Positions 55,942 to 64,000 of a stretch of DNA of 64,000 nucleotides are shown piece by piece (position 1 is the stretch's first letter; each line of letters starts with the position of its first letter). Made by a program: the position numbers and the translations under genes. The notes beneath the pieces were generated by a model. The model had not been told where the DNA came from and made no database searches. It saw nothing but the letters and a program-made list of their open reading frames with translations. Source of the DNA: a bacterium (GTDB lineage: Bacteria > Hinthialibacterota > Hinthialibacteria > Hinthialibacterales > Hinthialibacteraceae); the NCBI GenBank assembly GCA_963663405.2, contig CAXXSM010000057.1, forward strand, positions 13,488 to 77,487, written 5' to 3'.

Positions 55942-57003
55942 ATGGTCAATATGAATGACGTCAATCTCGAATTTCCAGTAAGCGATCCACATGGACTTGA
56001 AGGATTGGAAGAAACCCACAATTTGGTTCAATGCAAGCCGTTTGACGATCCAAGCATCGCCTATTCGCTGATTCTACCAAAATCGTGGATTAGCGAAGAG
56101 GATATGGGAGAACAACCGGGAGCAGTTGGGCAACTCGCCCGCATTGGATTATTTACGGAAAAAATAGCGCCGGACGCCGCCGTCGTTCAAGTTTCGTTTA
56201 CCCGGATGCCGTTCGAGGTTGGTTTGCGGGATTGGCTTCAGTATCAAGCGGAAAAATTCAATGTGCGTCTGACGTACTGTGAAGATATGCGGTTCGCGTG
56301 TGGTACTGTTGTTGACGCCGGAGGAATTGCGGGAGCCGGTGAACAATCGCATGTTGTCCGCATTGCCGCGTTTGCGGAGAACGCGCGGATTTTCCACGTG
56401 ATGGGAATGATTCGTGTGGATCGTTATGAAGAAAAGAAAAGAGATCTCGCGATCGCCACGAATTCATTTTCCCTTTTAAATCCAGGCGGAACGGAACAGT
56501 TAGAACAATGTCATGCGATCCAGGGGGGAGATCCCGCGTTTCAAGTAGGCCATCCAGCGTCCTGGGAATCCCGGCCCGTGCGGGAAACAGTTCCCGGCAA
56601 GAGCGGCGTAGATATCGTGCTGCCTAAAGACGAGCAAATGGCCGCGTATATCCGGGTGAAAGCGATCAGCGCGGATTCAGCTGGGGAACAAACCACTGAA
56701 CAGATCCTTCAAATCGCTGAAGAAGAACTGCAAGAAGCCCACGTTCAAGCAAGTGTGCCTTGGAAACAGGATTCCGATCCAGTTATCAAACAAATCTTGG
56801 GAGTCACGGAAACCTATATAACAGCGGGGAAATTGGGTGAGCAGGAAGTTGAACTGCGCGTAGGAATCGCGCGCAGAGAAGCGTTAACGTTTGTGGTTCA
56901 ATTGATATCCGCTCCAAGAGCGGCGAGTGTTCCCTTATGGCTTCGCTCGAAACGAGCCTATGAAATCGCGCTGGCCACCGCCGCGCCCTTGGATAACGAA
57001 TAG
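55942..57003 (+). CDS. Cytoplasmic protein with two PsbP/DcrB-like halves (putative effector chaperone or immunity protein)
   Basis: 25 bp after the PAAR gene with an RBS; halves open with YSLILPKSW and FQVGHPASW and each ends in a beta-hairpin plus helix; no signal peptide. Confidence 0.55.
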   Translation: MVNMNDVNLEFPVSDPHGLEGLEETHNLVQCKPFDDPSIAYSLILPKSWISEEDMGEQPGAVGQLARIGLFTEKIAPDAAVVQVSFTRMPFEVGLRDWLQYQAEKFNVRLTYCEDMRFACGTVVDAGGIAGAGEQSHVVRIAAFAENARIFHVMGMIRVDRYEEKKRDLAIATNSFSLLNPGGTEQLEQCHAIQGGDPAFQVGHPASWESRPVRETVPGKSGVDIVLPKDEQMAAYIRVKAISADSAGEQTTEQILQIAEEELQEAHVQASVPWKQDSDPVIKQILGVTETYITAGKLGEQEVELRVGIARREALTFVVQLISAPRAASVPLWLRSKRAYEIALATAAPLDNE

Positions 57004-57015
57004 CAATTAATCAAT

Positions 57016-57051
57016 AGGGGATATAATAGCTATCCCCTTTCCGTTTCTTTT
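57016..57051 (+). terminator. Intrinsic terminator ending the T6SS plus-strand arm
   Basis: aggggata / tatcccct 8-bp stem with 7-nt loop, followed by a T-rich tract; lies between convergent genes. Confidence 0.7.
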
Positions 57052-57056
57052 TCCTC

Positions 57057-60000
57057 TTATTCCTGATTAAAAATCGATCCAGTAAAGATTTCATCATCCT
57101 GCAAGGCGTAGATTTCAATCCGGTCAACTGCCACCTTTGCGGCAATTCCTTCATTGGCGCCCGCCACTTGGATCAATGGAGAAATCAGGTTTTCCGCATC
57201 CGCTTCGAATAAAACGAGCATCCGCATTTCGTTGCCAAGAATCGGAGTGGGATCGATAATATAATTCACTCCAACATGGCCGCTCGTCATATCCACGGCT
57301 CCAAAGAAGATGTTGTTTTGCGGTGAATCTGTTCTGTATGTCATGGCCATCAACACGCGTTTGGCTTGAATGGGTTGCTGTGTCATTAGTAAAATGACTT
57401 GCCCATCGCTGGCCGTAAATTCAATGCCCTGGTTGTCGGCGCTCGTTTCAAAATAGCCTGGATCGAATGAAACTCGTTCCACCGATGCGGTTTCGGCGTT
57501 GTTGAATCCACCTGCGATAATTGTCCAATTCTCCGTGAGATCGGTTGCGAATGGATATTCAACATCGGGAGAAGGATTCAGAATATACGCTGTATTTTCG
57601 GGCAATATAAAATCTCCAACATCCGCTTGTCCGAAAAGGTTTCCTAAATACGGTTTGCTGGATTCGATTTGGTACATTTGGATCCAATCGAGCCTTGCTT
57701 GAACCGCTTCGGCGCCGGTTAGGCCATACGCCTGGATGAATGGGCTCTGCAACGATGACGCATGCGGATCGAAAATCAAACTTCTCACACCGTCGAACGC
57801 ATTGGCTCCAGCAGGGCTATTATAGAAAAGCGAACCATCCACATCTTGGAAACTCTCAAAAATTCCACGAATCGCGCCCACAGAGACTTGGCAGTTCGGA
57901 TTCGAAGCAATTCGCGCGCGGTATAAAACAGGACCCTCCGCTTGCAATGAATTTTCTCCATTCGCGATCATGAAAGACACTTCATCGCTATCCATCGTGA
58001 AAATGACGGATTTCTCTTCTGGGGATCCTATTTCAAGAGCGGCTTCGCCTTGCTCTTGGCCACCGAATCCAGCGCTGATCATCCATCGGTCTGTCAGATT
58101 CTCAAGCGAGTTGAAATCCGTTGCTTTCAATGGATCAATCTGCGCGACACTTTGCGCGTTGAATTGAAGCGTCACTTCATCGGCCTGATTTCCCGCGTTG
58201 TCGGATAGATTGACTTGGATCACCAATTGGATAATCTCGTCCGTTGTGATTTCTATAGGAACAGGAAATGGACTCGCGTTCACAAAACCTGTATGGAAGA
58301 TAAATTCATAATCATCTTGATGCGCCGGATCGACAGGTACCACATCCACGGAGATGGAATTCACATCAACGCCAGATGGATTATCCCCTCCATCTTCAAC
58401 CATTACACTGAATTCCGTAAGGTTTAGATAAGTGAATTCTTTTCCCTCAAATTCTTCTGTCAATTCGACGGGGATCGAAATCGAGGCGGTAGGAGCGATT
58501 CGATCAATTGCGTATGTCAACGTCTGCGCCGCTGACACATTGCCAGCCAAGTCCTGAACCGTCATCTCAATCACGAGAGTTCCGGAAGCAGGGAATTCCA
58601 CGGTCTGTGATAAAGACAGCGATAGTTGATAGGCTGTGGTGTTCTCATCGATTCCTATCTCCGCTCCATTGAAGGAGGCATTCACTACTGAGCCATTTAT
58701 ATCGATTCCAGAAAACTCATCGAATATGGGCAATGTAATATTCACAAAATCTTCTACACTGTTGTATTGCAAGTCTTCTGTGACATCAGCGTCCCCAATC
58801 ATCGGAGGATCTCTATCAATGGTATAACTTAACGTCTGCGCCGCTGACACATTGCCAGCCAAATCGTGAACTATCATCTCAATCACGAGAGTCCCGGATG
58901 AAGGAAATTCCACGGTCTGTGATAAAGTCAATGCAAGTTGATTGTCCGTGGTGTTCTCATCAATCGCTACCGCCGCGCCATTAAAGGACGCTGTCACTGT
59001 CGAAGCGGTTGTGTCGATTCCAGAACCAACATCAGATATGGTTAATGTGATATTCGCAAAATCTTCCACACTATTGTATTGCAGACTTTCTATAACATTG
59101 ACAGTGTCCGTCTGAATTACTGGAGGATCTCTATCAATGGTATAACTTAACGTCTGCGCAGCTGACACATTGCCAGCCAAGTCTTGAACTATCATCTCAA
59201 TCACGAGAGTCCCGGATGAAGGAAATTCTACGGTCTGTGATAAAGTCAATGCAAGTTGATTGGCCGTGGTGTTCTCGTCAATCGCTATCGCCGCGCCATT
59301 AAAGGAGGCTGTCACTGTCGAGGCGGTTGTATCGATTCCGGAGCCCACGTCCGACAGATTCAGTGTAATATTCGTAAAATCATTAACGCTATTGTACTGT
59401 TGATTCACTGACACATTGACCGTATCTGTGTGTATCACGGGGGGATCCACATCAATGGTGAATTCTTCCATCATTGTATCCCCTTGATTGCCTAACGAAC
59501 TGGGATCGCCGATCAGATGAGTGTCATCCATTGGAGTGATGGAAATTGACATAGGGCCGGTTTGGACGATTCCATCTGAATTGTCTTTGTCGATGGCAAG
59601 GACAATTTGCTGCGTGATGTTATCCGCCATCGTTGAGGAAGAGATGGAAAGCGCTTTGGCGGGAACAATACCGCGATTCGATGTCACAATGATGCTTCCG
59701 ATCGTATTGTCAAGATTCAAACCGGCCAAGCCAAGGTCTCTCGTCAGAATGACAAAAGGCGAGCTCAAGTTGTACACAGCGGACTCCACGGGTGTTTGTG
59801 GAAGAACGCTCTCGACAATGGGCGCCTGGGTGTCAACGATTGTCTCAACAACGTCCGTATCATAATATGTGGAAAAATCAGTGGATTGCGCCCCCCAAAA
59901 ATAATGCGCGTCCGGTATAAGAATCGAAGAAGGGACAATAAATGAAAGGATATCTCCATCAACTTGTGTGATCGTATCCAATTCATCATTCATGCTTACA

Positions 60001-60269
60001 AAGCGAAGATTTTCTTCGACGATACTATCTTGGTAGACGGAAAGGGTTCGAAAAACGAGTGTCGAAAAACCGGGTACTCCATTTACCAGTTCGCCTCGAA
60101 TCTTAAATTCAAGAGATTCAACAGGAGCGTCAAAACGAATTTTTCCAATAGGTTGTAATGGCTCTAGCGGCTTAAATACTTGTTGCGCGCCGACACTCAG
60201 AATGGAAACCAAATAAAATGCAGAAAAAAAGACTGCGAATTTAAAAGCGGCTGAATTTCTATTCATCAT
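57057..60269 (-). CDS. Large secreted acidic Ig-like repeat protein (1070 aa)
   Basis: Signal peptide ending VGA-Q; repeated [VI]D..[AP]P..D.GSGID..DLAGN Ig-like modules; two related C-terminal domains. Confidence 0.75.
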   Translation of the reverse strand: MMNRNSAAFKFAVFFSAFYLVSILSVGAQQVFKPLEPLQPIGKIRFDAPVESLEFKIRGELVNGVPGFSTLVFRTLSVYQDSIVEENLRFVSMNDELDTITQVDGDILSFIVPSSILIPDAHYFWGAQSTDFSTYYDTDVVETIVDTQAPIVESVLPQTPVESAVYNLSSPFVILTRDLGLAGLNLDNTIGSIIVTSNRGIVPAKALSISSSTMADNITQQIVLAIDKDNSDGIVQTGPMSISITPMDDTHLIGDPSSLGNQGDTMMEEFTIDVDPPVIHTDTVNVSVNQQYNSVNDFTNITLNLSDVGSGIDTTASTVTASFNGAAIAIDENTTANQLALTLSQTVEFPSSGTLVIEMIVQDLAGNVSAAQTLSYTIDRDPPVIQTDTVNVIESLQYNSVEDFANITLTISDVGSGIDTTASTVTASFNGAAVAIDENTTDNQLALTLSQTVEFPSSGTLVIEMIVHDLAGNVSAAQTLSYTIDRDPPMIGDADVTEDLQYNSVEDFVNITLPIFDEFSGIDINGSVVNASFNGAEIGIDENTTAYQLSLSLSQTVEFPASGTLVIEMTVQDLAGNVSAAQTLTYAIDRIAPTASISIPVELTEEFEGKEFTYLNLTEFSVMVEDGGDNPSGVDVNSISVDVVPVDPAHQDDYEFIFHTGFVNASPFPVPIEITTDEIIQLVIQVNLSDNAGNQADEVTLQFNAQSVAQIDPLKATDFNSLENLTDRWMISAGFGGQEQGEAALEIGSPEEKSVIFTMDSDEVSFMIANGENSLQAEGPVLYRARIASNPNCQVSVGAIRGIFESFQDVDGSLFYNSPAGANAFDGVRSLIFDPHASSLQSPFIQAYGLTGAEAVQARLDWIQMYQIESSKPYLGNLFGQADVGDFILPENTAYILNPSPDVEYPFATDLTENWTIIAGGFNNAETASVERVSFDPGYFETSADNQGIEFTASDGQVILLMTQQPIQAKRVLMAMTYRTDSPQNNIFFGAVDMTSGHVGVNYIIDPTPILGNEMRMLVLFEADAENLISPLIQVAGANEGIAAKVAVDRIEIYALQDDEIFTGSIFNQE
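58509..59456 (-). repeat. Three intragenic tandem repeats (318, 318 and 312 bp) encoding Ig-like modules
   Basis: Units start at 59456, 59138 and 58820; long identical DNA stretches such as gctgacacattgccagccaa and atctcaatcacgagagt. Confidence 0.9.
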
Positions 60270-60325
60270 AACCTCCGTAAAGTACTTTTCGTGTTACGAT
60301 CAGATTGAGTTGTGTAAACGGCTGA

Positions 60326-61600
60326 TCAGAAGCGGTATTCAATACCAACCGTCGGATAAATATCAGCGCGCAGGCCATTGTCGTCCAATGGAAAACGAAT
60401 TCCCGCGAGAAGAATGAACCGGTTAAAGAAATTGCTCTCTCTTGTTGGCCGGTATAAAACCGATAAGCCGATATCGTTCATGTCGGCGTAATCGGAAACT
60501 TGCCCAATCCACTCGACACTCAAGGTCAGGCTTCGCACGATTTCGTACGGTAGACTTGCGCGGTACTCGAACGCGTTGAAATCGCTGTCATCCTCGTCAA
60601 ACATATACGCCAGTTCCAACGTTGGATAGATATGAACGGGTTCGATGTAATAGGAGAAGAGATTCCGGATCCGGTATTGCCGGGAACCCGTTCCAAGATA
60701 TTCATCTTCATCCCCGCTGTTTAATTTGAAGTCAAATCCCGCGCTCCAATGCAATCCTCCCGCGAAACCGGGCTCTTCCTCCGCTTCTTCCTCAAAGAAA
60801 CCGGAATCCGGATTCCCGGTCTCTTCGGCGCTTTCAGCGCTTTGATCGGGCTGCAATTTCGAAATGAGTCCAGGATAGATATTGTATTTTGCGCGAAACA
60901 GCACATCTCCGATTCCGGTTGTGTCATTTTCAAAGGATTGCCGGGCGCTTGCGCCAAGTTGATAAAAGGATTCACTTTCGAGGCTGATGACGGGCACGAC
61001 AACACCAATATCCAGATCCTCAAATACTCCCAGTGTTCCAGAGAAGTTATAAACATCCGCCTGCAAGTCATACCCGGTTTCCAGAATTTTATCGTTCCCC
61101 AGATAAACATCAAACAAATTATTCAGGCTTTTTCCGTTGTATTCGCTGAAATCGATATGAGAATACGTGAATCCCAGTGAGAATTTCCCTTTCCAATTTC
61201 CCTCTTCATCCCACGAAAACGCCTGACCGCCCAATGTCCAGGCCGGTTCCGTGTAGAGAGAACCCATATTATCGATTTCACGTAATCCTTCCGATGGGCT
61301 GAAAATATAATCGAAGCCTCTCGCGGATAGGCCGGTCATTGAACTGCTTAAACCAATCGAGCCACCGAGTCCTCCACCGACGCTGTTCGCCGCTTCCGAG
61401 ATCAAAGAATTGATAAAATCGAACCGCGCGGCGGTAATCGGATTGGAAGGGATTCCAAGAACGCTGGAGAAATCGATGGGCAGGTTTTGAGGTTCAAATG
61501 GCGACAATACAGTATCCGAGGCCACACTTGTGACGAAACACGTTGAAAAAACGCAGATTAATAGAATGACCAGATTGGAATTATATTTCAAATTATTCAT
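60326..61600 (-). CDS. Outer-membrane beta-barrel protein (putative transporter, MetA-pathway/phenol-degradation barrel-like)
   Basis: Signal peptide; amphipathic beta-strands; GIGDVLFRAKY and GTGS motifs; terminal BAM beta-signal TVGIEYRF. Confidence 0.7.
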   Translation of the reverse strand: MNNLKYNSNLVILLICVFSTCFVTSVASDTVLSPFEPQNLPIDFSSVLGIPSNPITAARFDFINSLISEAANSVGGGLGGSIGLSSSMTGLSARGFDYIFSPSEGLREIDNMGSLYTEPAWTLGGQAFSWDEEGNWKGKFSLGFTYSHIDFSEYNGKSLNNLFDVYLGNDKILETGYDLQADVYNFSGTLGVFEDLDIGVVVPVISLESESFYQLGASARQSFENDTTGIGDVLFRAKYNIYPGLISKLQPDQSAESAEETGNPDSGFFEEEAEEEPGFAGGLHWSAGFDFKLNSGDEDEYLGTGSRQYRIRNLFSYYIEPVHIYPTLELAYMFDEDDSDFNAFEYRASLPYEIVRSLTLSVEWIGQVSDYADMNDIGLSVLYRPTRESNFFNRFILLAGIRFPLDDNGLRADIYPTVGIEYRF

Positions 61601-62071
61601 CCCCCTACTCCTTTTGGATGAGATTTATGTAATTATATTCTGTTTTTCTTTCTTTGACCAGTTTATCCTATTTCAACCATATACTTGCGTCAGTGGAACG
61701 AAACGCAGAAATTCAATTGGATGGAATTCAATAAATCCATCCGTCATTAAACTCAGTGATAAGGCCTTGGGAGACCTTTGGCGGGAATCGGTTCAATCGT
61801 TTTTTTACGATTGGGACGGCGCCGCCGATTGAATGCTTGTTCCTGATGGATTGTCATTCGGATCAAATTATAAAAACGCATTATTAATGAAATTCATGCT
61901 ACGAACGCCGCTAAATCATGTCAAGAGAAAGCATATAGTTTAATCAATTTATAATAAATCCATTCCAAATACGCAAAATTCAAATCTTTATTAAATCAGA
62001 AAAAGTTTTGAAATTTCGTTATGTTCATTTTATCTGATAACTACAAAACAGATTTGTAATTTTTACTCTTC

Positions 62072-64000
62072 TTACGAACGGCTGGCTTCAATGATTTTCC
62101 ATGAATCACCAGAGCAGTCTATTTTTAACGTGTAATCGATATATTTTGTGACTTTGCTTCTTGATTGTGTGCTTAAATAATACCGCACACCAAGTTCACA
62201 TTGGATTTGCGCTTCTTTGGAACTGTTTGAATAAGAATAATTACTGGTTTTACTCGTAATACCGGTTCTTTCGACAACAATCCTTGCTCGTTCATCCGTT
62301 GAGACCCGTCTTTTTTCTTCGTCTTTCCATTGTTCTAAATCGTTAAACCAGACCGCCGCCGAATTTCCTCCACTATCGGATAGCGCCGCCGCCCAGTCTT
62401 TGATTTTGTCAACTACATCCGATTCGGCCAGCGCAGGGGCGGCTGTCGGAATCGCTGTCGGCGGCGCCGTAGGTGGCCGAGTGGGTCTCATGGTGGCAAT
62501 GGGAATAGGAGTATGGGTTGGCGTAGGCGCTCTCTCTGTGGCGGTTGGGTTAATTGTGGGGCCCGTGGTTGATGTTGGTGATAGCGTCGGCGCTAAGGTA
62601 TGAGTGGGTGTGATTCTACTCGTTGGAACCAGAGTATTCGTGGGCGCAGGGGTGTCAGCTGGTCTTTCTGTCGCAACGGGAGTATCTGTTGGTTCCACTG
62701 TTGGCGTGGGAATGTCAGTCGGCATTTCTGTCGCAACAGGAGTATCTGTCGGTTCGGCTGTAGGCGCAGATGTGTCTGTTGGCATCTCTGTCGCAGCGGG
62801 GGTATCCGTTGGTTCGGCTGTGGGCGCAGTGGTTTCAGTCGGTCTTACTGTAGGTATAGGTGTTACCGTTGGAACTTCCGTTGGGGCGGGGGTATCCGTC
62901 GGATACGCTGTTTGAGTGGGAGTAGCGACCGGCGCTTTGATCACATTGTATTCATATGTTTTAGCGAATCGATTTCCCCCACTTTCTCCATCCGGGGGTT
63001 GGGCTCTGTCTTCCGCTTCGATGCGCACGGATAAAATACCAGGTTCCAATGGCTGATTCAACCGGACCGTAATCATCCCACGATTTTCGTCGAGTTGATA
63101 ATTCGGAGAGCGTTCGATGTTGTTGTTTGAAATCTTAATAGTTTTTTTGATTGTATCGAGATCAATCCCGGCGCCTCCCGTGTCTTGCGCTTCGATGCGG
63201 AATTCTTGAAGATCCGTATTGATCGTCTGTTCATCTGGCTTCAGGCTTATCACCGGTGGATCACGGTCAATATGATATTCAAATGTGGATGTTTCTCCCC
63301 TGCGCGATGAACTTTCCGTTGCGCCACCCAGGAAGATATAGGGAACAAGCGTAATAGTTAAATCGCCCGTAACTAATTGACCGGGATTGTTGATTGTTAC
63401 TACCAAGGATTTAGGATTATCTGGATCGGGAAGGAATTCGAAATCCTTGCCTCGTTCATAGCGGTTCGATTCATTGATGACTTGAATTGTAGTTTGTTGT
63501 AAATCAAATGCCGAATTCTCAGGGATCTCACAGTCGATCGTAATGGATGATAATTCCGTATAAAATCCATCGGCGCTCGGAACCACCGCGGTTTTAACCG
63601 GCGCCCGATAAAATAGAGGAAACAAAAAAGCAAAGGAAACATACGCTAAAAGGATACAACCGATCACGGCGGGAACACCAATCGTAATCAGTTTGGAACG
63701 GAATAGGGCCGATAGCGTTTCTGTTAGTTGTCCAAGAGATTCACCTTCACCCGGTTCAGAAATGGAAGAGCCACTTGTTGTTAATTCAAGATGTTCATTT
63801 TGGATATCCGCCAATTCTGTACGGATTTGGGTCCAGCTTTGAAAGCGGTTTTCCGCCTCTGGCTCCAAACATCGATGAAGGAGCTGGTTAAGACGTTTCG
63901 TGACCGGATTGCTTGCATGAAATCGCTCCTCTCCGATATCTTCCAGGCGGGGACGGGCCGCGGACGTCGCGGCTTGAACATTCCGTCGCAGGTCTTCCTT
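62072..64000 (-). CDS. Membrane-anchored Hanks-type Ser/Thr protein kinase, 5'-truncated by the window edge
   Basis: Frame is open to 64000 and reads LNQLLHRCLEPEAENRFQSWTQIRTEL (kinase subdomain XI pattern); then one TM helix, two Ig-like modules, a Pro/Thr linker and a small C-terminal domain. Catalytic motifs lie outside the window. Confidence 0.7.
   Translation of the reverse strand, partial: KEDLRRNVQAATSAARPRLEDIGEERFHASNPVTKRLNQLLHRCLEPEAENRFQSWTQIRTELADIQNEHLELTTSGSSISEPGEGESLGQLTETLSALFRSKLITIGVPAVIGCILLAYVSFAFLFPLFYRAPVKTAVVPSADGFYTELSSITIDCEIPENSAFDLQQTTIQVINESNRYERGKDFEFLPDPDNPKSLVVTINNPGQLVTGDLTITLVPYIFLGGATESSSRRGETSTFEYHIDRDPPVISLKPDEQTINTDLQEFRIEAQDTGGAGIDLDTIKKTIKISNNNIERSPNYQLDENRGMITVRLNQPLEPGILSVRIEAEDRAQPPDGESGGNRFAKTYEYNVIKAPVATPTQTAYPTDTPAPTEVPTVTPIPTVRPTETTAPTAEPTDTPAATEMPTDTSAPTAEPTDTPVATEMPTDIPTPTVEPTDTPVATERPADTPAPTNTLVPTSRITPTHTLAPTLSPTSTTGPTINPTATERAPTPTHTPIPIATMRPTRPPTAPPTAIPTAAPALAESDVVDKIKDWAAALSDSGGNSAAVWFNDLEQWKDEEKRRVSTDERARIVVERTGITSKTSNYSYSNSSKEAQIQCELGVRYYLSTQSRSKVTKYIDYTLKIDCSGDSWKIIEASRS
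62440..62930 (-). repeat. Pro/Thr-rich decapeptide tandem repeats (PTDTPxxTEx) in the kinase ectodomain
   Basis: About nine 30-bp units with a 60-bp superperiod, followed by degenerate PT repeats. Confidence 0.85.

Larger units (their letters stand above)
37949..57003. other. Type VI secretion system gene cluster (two divergent arms)
   Basis: tssH on the minus strand; tssA, tssB, tssC, hcp, second tssB/tssC/hcp, tssE, tssF, tssG, vgrG and PAAR on the plus strand. Confidence 0.95.

Noticed and set aside
62440-62930. Regularly spaced repeats as a possible CRISPR array
   Set aside because: In-frame coding Pro/Thr repeats without unique spacers; no cas genes.
63781-63981. 66 aa ORF suggesting another frameshift in the kinase
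   Set aside because: The kinase frame itself is open to the window edge, so no frameshift is needed.

Overview
Bacterial window of about 47% GC with no rRNA, tRNA, CRISPR array or mobile element that I can see. The prepilin style, FG-GAP propellers, Pro/Thr linkers and a C-terminal W-x-x-Y tail suggest an understudied diderm lineage such as Ca. Hinthialibacterota (OLB16) or Sumerlaeota; this is inference only. Left to right: (1) secreted enzymes (PQQ-type propeller/SAM-like/malectin protein, prepilin, PcRGLX/YetA-like lyase); (2) an uncharacterised three-gene export operon encoding a ~1700 aa FG-GAP plus beta-strand giant, an FN3-repeat protein and a Cys-His-Asp protease-like protein; (3) aceE-aceF-lpdA-aconitase with a divergent lipoate ligase; (4) an operon of unrelated exported proteins, three of which share a C-terminal motif; (5) a type VI secretion locus (37.9-57.0 kb) with two tandem divergent tssB-tssC-hcp cassettes, tssA/E/F/G/H, vgrG, an effector-like protein with an internal PAAR and a tandem PsbP/DcrB-like partner, but no tssJ/K/L/M in the window; (6) a convergent Ig-repeat protein, beta-barrel and truncated membrane Ser/Thr kinase. 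Twelve inferred single-base frameshifts in ten genes, including aceE, most likely reflect sequencing indels, so split ORFs are merged here.
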